The notes beneath the pieces were generated by a model that was given only the letters and a program-made list of their open reading frames with translations, made no database searches and was not told the origin of the DNA. This document shows, piece by piece, positions 26,355 through 37,305 of a stretch of 52,444 nucleotides of DNA. Within the stretch, counting starts at the first letter, position 1. Every line of letters begins with the position of its first letter. A program made the position numbers and the translations under genes. The DNA is from Octopus bimaculoides (lineage: Eukaryota), in the NCBI RefSeq assembly GCF_001194135.2, contig NC_068985.1, positions 94,467,096 through 94,519,539 on the forward strand. The letters are read 5' to 3'.

Positions 26355-26797
26355 AGTATGTATGAAAGTGATTGGGAAGGAGATGTTCTGGATCGAAGCA
26401 AGTGCAGAGCTGTTGTCAGGACGAGCTGTGATGTCTGGGAGGAAAAGATGTTTCAGCAACTTCAGCTTAAGCGGGCCTGTCGAAAGGGAAAAATTGTAAA
26501 CAATGGAGAGTGTAGGATGTGTATTGTGTGTGATCGCGTTCTTCTGTCAAAAGCAGGATATGTGAATCACATGAAAACACATGAGGGTAGAAATTCCAGA
26601 CACGCTAAATACCAACCGCCTTCTGCGACCTGTGGCATGTGTCACAAGGTTTGTAAAACAATATCCGGACTTAAGAGACATATGCTGGTTCACAGAGGCG
26701 TTTCCTTAGAATCAGATACCAGCGAGCAAGGATCAAGAGGCTTGAACATTTGTCATCTGTGCTGTAGACCTTGTCGCTCAGCAGCTGGACTTCAAAG
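26350..26797 (+). mobile_element. RTE-clade LINE 3' fragment with three C2H2 zinc fingers (truncated by an N-gap)
   Basis: Open frame: SDWEGDVLDRSKCRAVVRTSCDVWEEK...LKRACRKG (RTE C-terminal W..A.DR..WR...KR.RK-type motif), then CIVC-x12-H-x3-H, CGMC-x12-H-x3-H and CHLC...AAGLQ. There are no TGEKP linkers. Confidence 0.75.
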
Positions 26798-28448
26798 NNN
26801 NNNNNNNNNNNNNNNNNNNNNNNNNNNNNNNNNNNNNNNNNNNNNNNNNNNNNNNNNNNNNNNNNNNNNNNNNNNNNNNNNNNNNNNNNNNNNNNNNNNN
26901 NNNNNNNNNNNNNNNNNNNNNNNNNNNNNNNNNNNNNNNNNNNNNNNNNNNNNNNNNNNNNNNNNNNNNNNNNNNNNNNNNNNNNNNNTATATATATATA
27001 TATATATATATATGAGGTCGGCCAGAGCGCTGACCTTATCATATATTCTGCCAATTCATTTGAAATTTCGGTCATTTGGAATTGCAGTATTTCCCGATCC
27101 CCATGTACTTCGCAATCGAGGCTTTGTGTCATAGTATTTTCAACAGGTGGAGAGAAATATGTCCTTTTATATGCCCACACAAAATTCATTCACTTTTAGA
27201 GGTACGGTCTGGTCGTTATTCCAGAGAGCATGTCAGTTACATTGTCATGGCTACGAATTATTTGTTATCTATACTGTTAAAGTAGTTGCTTTTCTGCTCA
27301 TGATCGGACAGGAATACCCACTCACTTTCCTACATTCCAGTTACGATAGATGACATATTTCTTCCTACAGTTTATTGTTACCTCATTTTTACCTAGGCAT
27401 TTGTCCGTCATTCACAGAATTTTAATCTTACTAATCCATGTACTGCAGCATGACATTCAAAATCTTGGAAACCTCTGGAATACAGATCACATGTCGAGTA
27501 AATACTTTCTCAGGGAAGTCATATGGTATTTCTAATGTTATCTTTCTGTAACTCCAATTTTGCCTGGGTTTTGCTACACAAGCAAAAGTGACAATCATAG
27601 CAAACACTATACTGTTTTATTCTTATCGATTGGTGTAGAAGAATCATTGGTGTTGTTTATGCATCGTGCTCTGATCATGTTCGATCGATTTTAAAGACGT
27701 TTTTTGTTGCTGACGCAACACATGTTTTATTTGAAAGCGTTCAGTTAAAAGTACGTTTGTGAACATCTAGTTTTGACTTGAAACATATCACTTTCCTATG
27801 TGTGTATAAGTGTAAGTATAAGGAAGCGTACGAATGCTATTTTTTTCTTGTGTGTTGTCGCTTGTGCTGTTGTCACACGTTTTGTTTACAATGTTGCAGT
27901 TTATTTTCTCAGATGCATTTTTTTTCTTCGTTCCCTGCAATTAGAATGTCAAAATGATTAGCTTCATTCATTTTTTTCTCTTCGGTTTGATAATGTTTGT
28001 TTTTATATTTTTTAGAAGCTGTCTTACAACGCTCATTGTTAATTCTCTCGGTTTAGATGGAGTGAGGGCGGGGTGGGGGTGGGGAGCGTTTTACTGTAAA
28101 TTGAAGGTTATACTGGNNNNNNNNNNNNNNNNNNNNNNNNNNNNNNNNNNNNNNNNNNNNNNNNNNNNNNNNNNNNNNNNNNNNNNNNNNNNNNNNNNNN
28201 NNNNNNNNNNNNNNNNNNNNNNNNNNNNNNNNNNNNNNNNNNNNNNNNNNNNNNNNNNNNNNNNNNNNNNNNNNNNNNNNNNNNNNNNNNNNNNNNNNNN
28301 NNNNNNNNNNNNNNNNNNNNNNNNNNNNNNNNNNNNNNNNNNNNNNNNNNNNNNNNNNNNNNNNNNNNNNNNNNNNNNNNNNNNNNNNNNNNNNNNNNNN
28401 NNNNNNNNNNNNNNNNNNNNNNNNNNNNNNNNNNNNNNNNNNNNNNNN

Positions 28449-28530
<82 letters not shown>
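28449..28530. repeat. (ATT)n microsatellite
   Basis: Directly visible. Confidence 0.97.
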
Positions 28531-28533
<3 letters not shown>

Positions 28534-28918
28534 CCGCCTTACCGAAGACGCAGGTATTGTTTCCAGTCGTGTTTGTTTGATTGTTTGTCCGTAGACAAGG
28601 TATCTCAAGAACCGATGGATGCTTTCGGATTAACCTTTCAGGGATGTATGGCCTCGTGACTGGCACGAAATGATCAGATTTGGGGATTGATCCGGTAACG
28701 GACAAGGATTCTGGATTATTTTCCCTGTTTTTACTTAATCTTTAAGAGCGGTCGGGTTCATTTTTAGCATTCTCGTTTCTAAGAACGGTCGGATTCATTC
28801 TTAATATACAGGTTCGTTTATTTCAGATATTCTCATTTTAAAAATCATCTTTGACTAATCACTGAGAAGACGTTGGTGCTTCCTGGGCGGAGGTTGGCGC
28901 TCTCTGAGTGCTATTTTT
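28527..28918 (+). mobile_element. Helentron-associated non-autonomous element (HINE/DINE-1-like)
   Basis: Sub-terminal IRs accaccgcc (28530-38) and ggcggaggt (28886-94), a GTTT-type short repeat after the left end, a 3' stem-loop gcgctc-tct-gagtgc (28897-28911) and a T-rich end. Confidence 0.75.
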
Positions 28919-29039
28919 GGTATGTTTACATTTTTTCCAATTTTATTCTTTTTCTTTTTCACTCTTGACAGCGATTTTGATACTAACCGATAGCCTGATG
29001 ACGACCTCCTGGAGCTTGATCACACACATACACCCAGAC

Positions 29040-29308
29040 ACAGAATCATCAAAACGAGGAAGTTATAAATACATGGGTATCATTGAAAGCGATGAGATGA
29101 ATGAACACAAGATGAAAGAAATATACAGGAAAGAGTATTTGAGGAGCACTCGGCTCATGCACCAATCAAAGCTAAATGGCCTCTATAAGATTAGAGCAAT
29201 TTAAACGTGGGCGGATGCTTTGACGAGATATGGGGCAGGAGTAATATATTGAAAGACGAATTACAAGATATAGACCGGAGAACACGTAAATTAATGGCAA
29301 AGAACAAA
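29040..29308 (+). mobile_element. R4/Dong-like RT C-terminal fragment
   Basis: GSYKYMGIIESDEMNEHKMKEIYRKEYLRSTRLMHQSKLNGLYKIRAI*TWADALTRYGAGVI...DELQDIDRRTRKLM, the conserved YKYLG / S.LN..N...AIN.W / D.DR.TRK.M pattern. Confidence 0.85.
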
Positions 29309-29400
29309 GAATAAGTCTTGTGACGGATTTGCTCGACTAAAGGGTGTGCCCCAGCATGGCCTCAGTCAAATGACTGAAGCAATTAAAAGAATAAAAGAAT
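29306..29400 (+). mobile_element. SINE family A, 3' tail only
   Basis: aaagaataagtcttgtgacggatttgctcgactaaagg...cagtcaaatgactgaagcaattaaaagaataaaag. Confidence 0.85.
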
Positions 29401-30391
29401 ATATGTATGTAATTATATATGCACATATGCACATATATATATATATGGNNNNNNNNNNNNNNNNNNNNNNNNNNNNNNNNNNNNNNNNNNNNNNNNNNNN
29501 NNNNNNNNNNNNNNNNNNNNNNNNNNNNNNNNNNNNNNNNNNNNNNNNNNNNNNNNNNNNNNNNNNNNNNNNNNNNNNNNNNNNNNNNNNNNNNNNNNNN
29601 NNNNNNNNNNNNNNNNNNNNNNNNNNNNNNNNNNNNNNNNNNNNNNNNNNNNNNNNNNNNNNNNNNNNNNNNNNNNNNNNNNNNNNNNNNNNNNNNNNNN
29701 NNNNNNNNNNNNNNNNNNNNNNNNNNNNNNNNNNNNNNNNNNNNNNNNNNNNNNNNNNNNNNNNNNNNNNNNNNNNNNNNNNNNNNNNNNNNNNNNNNNN
29801 NNNNNNNNNNNNNNNNNNNNNNNNNNNNNNNNNNNNNNNNNNNNNNNNNNNNNNNNNNNNNNNNNNNNNNNNNNNNNNNNNNNNNNNNNNNNNNNNNNNN
29901 NNNNNNNNNNNNNNNNNNNNNNNNNNNNNNNNNNNNNNNNNNNNNNNNNNNNNNNNNNNNNNNNNNNNNNNNNNNNNNNNNNNNNNNNNNNNNNNNNNNN
30001 NNNNNNNNNNNNNNNNNNNNNNNNNNNNNNNNNNNNNNNNNNNNNNNNNNNNNNNNNNNNNNNNNNNNNNNNNNNNNNNNNNNNNNNNNNNNNNNNNNNN
30101 NNNNNNNNNNNNNNNNNNNNNNNNNNNNNNNNNNNNNNNNNNNNNNNNNNNNNNNNNNNNNNNNNNNNNNNNNNNNNNNNNNNNNNNNNNNNNNNNNNNN
30201 NNNNNNNNNNNNNNNNNNNNNNNNNNNNNNNNNNNNNNNNNNNNNNNNNNNNNNNNNNNNNNNNNNNNNNNNNNNNNNNNNNNNNNNNNNNNNNNNNNNN
30301 NNNNNNNNNNNNNNNNNNNNNNNNNNNNNNNNNNNNNNNNNNNNNNNNNNNNNNNNNNNNNNNNNNNNNNNNNNNNNNNNNNNNNNNNNNN

Positions 30392-30433
<42 letters not shown>

Positions 30434-30889
30434 CAAGCTTATACACAAGGACACATACATGTGTGTGTGCGTGTGTGTGTGCGTATGTATCTGTTTGCAA
30501 GCATAAAATCAGGTGATATGAGAAGTGATTCTATGATTGTTTGTTTATTAATTGCTCTACACGGAAATATTCACTACTTGTATATACTGGATTTCCGGTT
30601 GCATCCGCGAATAAAAATGTGTCGTACTTTAACTACTATAAGAACTGATAGCTGATTCCTTGCGTGAAAGCTTGCCTAGTATTCTGCTTGTGTCTAGGAA
30701 ACCAGTTTTTTTTCTATTTTATTTGCGCGTGTGTGTATGCGTGCGTGTGTATGAATATGTATCTGTGTGTGTGGGTACGCATGCGTGTCTGGGTGTATGC
30801 GTGTGATATCTGTGTATTAAAGAGAAAGTATATATTTCAGTATTAAGCATTCACATTTCTCCTTTTTCTAAACAATCATGACATGCATC

Positions 30890-31205
30890 TCCATATCCTA
30901 CAGTTCTAATTCTTCTGACTTTTTCTTGTAAGCTTTCGCAATAAAGTGTCATTTACTTTCTGACGTATGTCACTTTTATTTAGAGATACTACCTTCTCAT
31001 TCGCTTAGTACCATCTCTTTAATCTACTGCTATTAGCACCTTTTATATTTTTCCTCCTTGCGCCCAACATCTGATCCTTTATTCCTATATTTCTTTATGT
31101 CTTTCATTGAAAGCTCTGCAATTTCCCCTGTTGCCTTTCTCTTTTTTCTTATACCATTATTCTCTTCTTTCGCATTTTTCATTCCACTCACTACAACATC
31201 CTTAT
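30890..31205 (-). mobile_element. Possible degenerate LINE ORF1-like fragment
   Basis: The minus frame KDVVVSGMKNAKEE...DIKKYRNKGSDVGRKEEKYKR resembles the II.SG.KE / RIG+K....RP pattern of CR1/Jockey-type ORF1; the resemblance is weak. Confidence 0.3.
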
Positions 31206-31327
<122 letters not shown>

Positions 31328-31836
31328 ACTTGCTATATTCACAATTCTTACTTCCATTCAACTGCTTTTTTTCCCATTCCGTTCGTGGTCTGATATCTCT
31401 ATCTCACTCACTCTCTATATCACGTACAATTAAAAACTTCTATATTTACCAGTATTTCCTGTTCATTTATATAAATGCCTGATATATTGATATCTTCTCT
31501 AGCTTAAATTAAGCCTTCAATATCCACATTGCTCTATAGGACTAGATATGTTCAGCAAACTCAACGACTTCACTTTAACACTACCAGGACTGCAGTTCAC
31601 TTAGGACGAATCGGGTAAGGTGTGTTTGTGTTAAGGATAATATTTTCAGACTGTAAATTGTCATTCGAAAATGCAAGGAGGACGACAGTCTCATTATGAA
31701 TAAAATGCTGCTAGACAAGCAGTGAAAATCATTTATGTGAAAATCAGGGTGACTGGAAGCAGAATTATACAGAACGGATTCCCCTAGAAACCGTTAAACA
31801 GTTCGATGAGGTAACAACGGAGTAGACAAAAATATA

Positions 31837-32308
31837 ACACGTGTTGTGTTTCAGGTGCCATTATAAGATATATTTTCATCCACCCTTAGATACCTGTAAT
31901 ATTCCTTATGATATACAGGGAAAAGAGTTATATCGTTGATGCAGATGTTACCATCATTAAACTACATTACTGGATCAAATATTGACCATTGACCCCCCAC
32001 CCCTCCCCTACTACGACTATGGTAAATAGCAGGCACAGCTGCAAAGATTATTGTTGTAGTAGTAGTAGTAGTAGAGATGAAAAAGAGCATTGACCTAGTT
32101 ACAACATTATCAAAGTATGTACGGTTGGAGTTTGGTCAGGATAAATGTTATATGGTTGTGAAAAGGGGGAACAACTATAAACCATTAATGATGGTAACAT
32201 CTGCATCAATGATATAACTCTTTTCCCTGTATATAATAAGGAATATTACAGGTATCTAAGGGTGGATGAAAATATATCTTATAATGACACCTGAAACACA
32301 ACACGTGT
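31837..32308. repeat. Inverted repeat, 124-bp arms (about 3 mismatches), 224-bp spacer
   Basis: 31837-31960 is the reverse complement of 32185-32308. Confidence 0.92.
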
Positions 32309-32392
32309 CACTAAAGAATTTTACAGCCAAATAAAAGAAATTTGAACGTCAGAACTCTTTGCATTCAATAAAGCAGTGACCCACAACGTGTT
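32075..32392 (+). mobile_element. R4/Dong-like RT fragment
   Basis: EMKKSIDLVTTLSKYVRLEFGQDKC...ICINDITLFPVYNKEYYRYLRVDENISYN...RVTKEFYSQIKEI*TSELFAFNKAVTHNV (RT domains 6-7: F...KC and Y+YLG-type motifs); preceded by (TAG)n. Confidence 0.8.
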
Positions 32393-32471
32393 CTACTATA
32401 GCCACGGGCTGACCAAAGCCTTGTCAGTGGATTTGGTAGAGGGAAATTGAAAGAAGCCCGTCGTATGTATG

Positions 32472-32522
<51 letters not shown>

Positions 32523-32850
32523 NNNNNNNNNNNNNNNNNNNNNNNNNNNNNNNNNNNNNNNNNNNNNNNNNNNNNNNNNNNNNNNNNNNNNNNNNNNNNN
32601 NNNNNNGAGAGAGAGAGAGAGAGAGTGTGTGTTTGTGTGTCTGTGTTTGTCCCCCAACATCGGTTGGCAACCGAGGCTGGTGTGTTTACGTCCCCGTAAC
32701 TTAGCGGTTCAGCAAAAGAACCGATAGAATAAGTACTAGGCTTACAAAGAATAAGTCCTGGGGTCGATTTGCTCGACTAAAGGCGATGCTCCAGCATGGC
32801 CGCAGTCAAATGACTGAAACAAGTAAAAGAGTAAAAAAGTAAGAGTAAAG
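32388..32850 (+). mobile_element. SINE family A, 5'-truncated
   Basis: Starts at ttctactatagcc, with internal microsatellite/gap and a full tail. Confidence 0.9.
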
Positions 32851-34072
32851 AACTGAAAGAGTAGCCTTTATTCTATTACACTTTATCCATGAAATTTCAT
32901 TATGAGGATTTATATTAATGATGTACATATTCATTTTTAAAACATTCCTAATGCTGATGGATGTAGTAGGCTTGGCCATTGATCTGGAAGAAACGTTTCG
33001 TATATGAAAACAAAGTCAGATTTAGTAGGAATTATAGAAAAGTATGATTCTAAACTTTATGTTTCTAATATTATTCGTCACCATATTGTGACGTCTGCAA
33101 ATTAAGAGGTTATCTCTAAATGATCGGAGTAAACAACTGTTCGTCTCCAATCGGCAGATAAAGCATCGACATATCTCTTGAAAAATAATCTTTTTATTAG
33201 ACGACCTCAACTGAGAATTACATTTTAATACTATCTGTAATACACACACGCGCGCGCGCGCACATACACACACGCACACACAAATACGTATATCTCTATA
33301 TGAATATGCGAGTCTATATGAATGCAAGTGCGTGTTTTTCTTCTTAAGTTTAGAAAATGTTTCCAGTGAGACGTTTCTAAATCCATTTTAAGATCAATAT
33401 AATGTCTAATGGCATCTTATTGTTAGGTGTACATTATGCCTGTTGTGCTGAATATTTACAAGTTGCCCTTCACTCAACTCGAGCTTAAATCAAAACAATA
33501 GTGATGGGTAGCTTTATGTGAATGGCAGACAAAAATTTTATCTTGAGGCTTATGAAATCGAATTTATAACTGTTATGAATCGGTAGAAAACCGGCTGGCA
33601 GTAAGAAAACAAACTCGTACTAAGTGCCTTCTAAGAATTATTTATTAGTCTATATCTTCTTGGTGAACCTGATTTTATATGTGAAGTACTTACATTTTGA
33701 AGAATTTTATCAAATGTAGAATCCAAATAAATATTTATATTCTAGGTATACGTTAATGTGAAACAAAGGAGTTCTGGTTCTGCTTATCTTCATTCGGAAT
33801 ATAAAACAATACAGCCAATGTATCAATAAAGGTAAAAAAACAAAACCAAAAATATGGCTTTTTGGGTAATATTATTCTCGCTGGATTGCGTGTTCGTTTC
33901 TCTTTTTTGCCATCTGTGATTTTATTTTTGGTCTTCAATATAAATGAAGATATTTCCTCCGTATGGCTGATTTTCTCCCTGCAAAACGGACAGTTAACTT
34001 GCGGAACAGTCACTTTTTACTTTTTCTTGCTCCTCTCTGTCTTTATATATGTATGTGTCATTAGATGGATAG

Positions 34073-34136
<64 letters not shown>

Positions 34137-34924
34137 GGAACTTAATGAGACTCACTTTTTTATAGGATTGTATATTCATATATGCATTATCACAATACGC
34201 ATGCACTGAACCAATGTCATATTCATAAACTCCTACCGTGTGTAGCATTATTTTGAGCAAGGCAATTAAACTAGCAAGTATAGGAATGTATATTCCTATA
34301 CTTGCTAACGCAAGTAGAAATACAATAGATGATGAGAAATTATATGAAACATCAGGTGATGTAGCTGAAATAATCTCCACCGAATTTCTAAATAATTTAA
34401 AGAATATGTAAGTTAGCTACATGACACTTCCAGATAAAATTTAACGTATTGTGAGATGTAGAAAAATATGTCTAAATCAATTATTTCAAAACCTCGTAAG
34501 TATTTTAAATAATTAATAGCTTCGTAATCAAATATGTGTCATATTTGTGAAAATTGATTAAAGGAAAATGAAGTTTTGTTTTGGAAGTTAACATAATGCT
34601 GGAGTCAGTTAAAAGGAATCTAGATTAATTTGAACAGGTTCGAAAGCATTTAAAATTCAATTCTTTCCATGTTCCATTAAGGTATTCATAAAGGTGACAC
34701 CTTAATTTAATGAAAATGTATTTATTTACTCTTCGAATAAATAATGCAATAGTACACGGAATATATGTCATTATACGCTGTGCCTTTATATTCTATGAGA
34801 AATGTTCCAAAGACTTTTCAAAACCATTGAAATTCTAACGCCAAAGCGCTGGTATGTAAAGACGTACGTAAGTACATAGATACGGCCATGTTATCTATAT
34901 TATACTTCTTGAAATACTCTTGAC

Positions 34925-35111
34925 ACAAAGCCCAACATTTTGGAGGAGAGAGCCAGTCGATTAGATCAACCTCTGTATGCAACTGGTACTTCATATATCG
35001 ACCCGAAAGACAAAGTCGACCTCGGCGTAATTTGAACTCAGAACGTAAAGACAGAACAAATACCGTTAAGTATTTCGCCCGGTGTGCTAACGCTTCTACT
35101 ACCTCGCCGCC
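34925..35111 (-). mobile_element. tRNA-derived SINE family B
   Basis: Minus strand head ggcggcgaggtagtagaagcgttagcacaccgggcgaaatac...gttctgagttcaaattacgccgaggtcgactttg (B-box gagttcaaat). Confidence 0.85.
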
Positions 35112-35386
35112 CCGAAATGAAGAATATTAATAACGTACATCGCCCAATGGGTTTTTACGATGACATGTCGTCTACAAAACTTCGCTGATTACGGTACTCG
35201 ATTGGGGAATAAGCTAAAATGTTATAGATAGTCAATCCAACGAGGGTGTGTCCTGTATTTCTACAACAGAAAATTTTCAAAATGTCTATATCTTGTAGCA
35301 TTCCACTTATCTCACATTGTGTTGCTCGATCCAGCTCTTCAATGAAATAAGGATATGTTTTTTTTTGTTTTTGTTTTTACTTATAA

Positions 35387-35547
35387 GAGCGTAGGAAGGC
35401 TGTGTGCTAAGTAGCTTGCTACCAGCCGCATGGCTCCGGGTTCATTCCCACTGCGTGGAACCTTGAGCAAGTGTCTTCTACTAGAGCCTCGGGCCGACCA
35501 AAGCCTTGTCAGTGGATTTGGTAGACAGAAACTGAAAAAAGCCCGTC

Positions 35548-35579
<32 letters not shown>

Positions 35580-35938
35580 NNNNNNNNNNNNNNNNNNNNN
35601 NNNNNNNNNNNNNNNNNNNNNNNNNNNNNNNNNNNNNNNNNNNNNNNNNNNNNNNNNNNNNNNNNNNNNNNNNNNNNNNNNNNNNNNNNNNNNNNNNNNN
35701 NNNNNNNNNNNNNNNNNNNNNNNNNNNNNNNNNTGTGTGTGTCCCCCCATCATCGCTTGACAACCGATGCTGGTGTGTTTACGTCCCCGTAACTTAGCGG
35801 TTCGGAAAAAGGAACCGATAGAATAGGTAGTAGGCTTACAAAGAATAAGTCCTGGGGTCGATTTGCTCGACTAAAGGCGGTGCTCCAGCATGGCCACAGT
35901 CAATTGACTGAAACAAGTAAAAGAGTAAAAGAGTAAGA
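35387..35938 (+). mobile_element. SINE family A, full length (internal gap)
   Basis: Head, CORE-like box and tail are colinear with other copies. Confidence 0.92.
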
Positions 35939-37231
35939 GCAGACAGTTTTTCAGACTTTTAATGCTTGGGCTAGGCTCTCTCTAAAATACTCAACTTAAT
36001 CCTGCTGTTCTTCTAACTTGTAATCTTTACCCTATTCCTTTTGTATACTTGCTTTAAAAACAACTTCCGGCTCTTTTGGAAGGCAATTTTTCATAGACCA
36101 ATGTATATATTTTTTTTTTCGTGTCCTTATATGACGGAATGAAGTGACCCTCAGCTTCGTAGGCAGCCGAATTAAACAAGCATGATTTGGCGGTAGGTGA
36201 ATGTAGTTGAACAATAAAATGTTTCTGAAATTGAAATGTAGTACTCCTGTCTTAACTTTTATATCGATACTTGCTGCTAAACTTAAAATCCTCGTTTTAT
36301 TTTATGCTTGCAATGCTATAATAATATAGAATACTGCTATAGGAGTTCACATAAAATGTGGTAATAGCAGCCAACAATGTTTCCTACTGGCATTTTAAAT
36401 TTGAGAAAAAAGTTAATTATCAACGAAGCTAAAAAGAAAGTACTGTTGCTTTAATAGATACAATTTATTACAAATATATTCTGCTGAGTATAGAAGAAAA
36501 TATACGTTGGAGAAACCAAAATTTTGTAACCTGTGAAAATTATGAAATTACAATTTTTCACATTCACACCGATAAAATCTACCCTGAAAGGAATTGGCTT
36601 GTCTTGCGTCATGAGAAGCTTATATAGTTCTTGAGTAAGTCTGGTCCTCATGAATTATAAATTATGTAGTGTATTGTAGATAGTGTGCAATATTCAGAAA
36701 CAGGCGTTTCAGATCATGATTGCATTATGACATTTATTTCATAGAAAAATTGAGAATTTTCACTCAAGACATTAATTATTCAAAAAAAAAAAAAAATACA
36801 ACTATACGATATGCTCCTTAGAGCGACGATTTACAATACACAAGAATTTATTCATGAAATAAATGAAGGGTGAATGACCAATTATGTTAACATATCCTCG
36901 CCTCTCCAACGGATTTGAAATAAAGACCCATTTTAGTACACCCGTTGACATTATTTGTAATCATTAATAGGTTAATAGTTTCGTGAATGCATATAGCGTA
37001 ATACTTTCCTCTCTTCCCCAACAGTATGGGTATCTTGTAGAAATCGTTAAGCGAATGCTGTGCTTCGAGTTGACCATAGTGTGTATACTTTTTTTTTTTA
37101 AATGAAGCATTGAGAAATTCATTGAAAGTACACATGTACACCCACATATGATGTAGACCCTTGGTTTTCGAACAACTCTGATTACGAATAAATCGTAGTG
37201 CATCTTCTGTCTTTCTCACATTCATTTAATA

Positions 37232-37305
37232 CAGTAGCACGCCGGTTTATGAACGTCTCTGATCAGGAATAAATGGTGCTTTATATATAAACCGAGGTAC
37301 TACCG
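37232..37305. mobile_element. 74-bp pogo/Tigger-type micro-MITE
   Basis: Left CAGTAGCACGCCGGTTTAT versus reverse complement of the right end CGGTAGTACCTCGGTTTAT (15/19); TA on both sides (37230-31, 37306-07). Confidence 0.6.

Noticed and set aside
8787-30506. Long ORFs (about 180-420 aa) in the ORF track
   Set aside because: They are long only because they cross N-gaps (X runs); the flanks are microsatellite translations (IYIY, HTHT).
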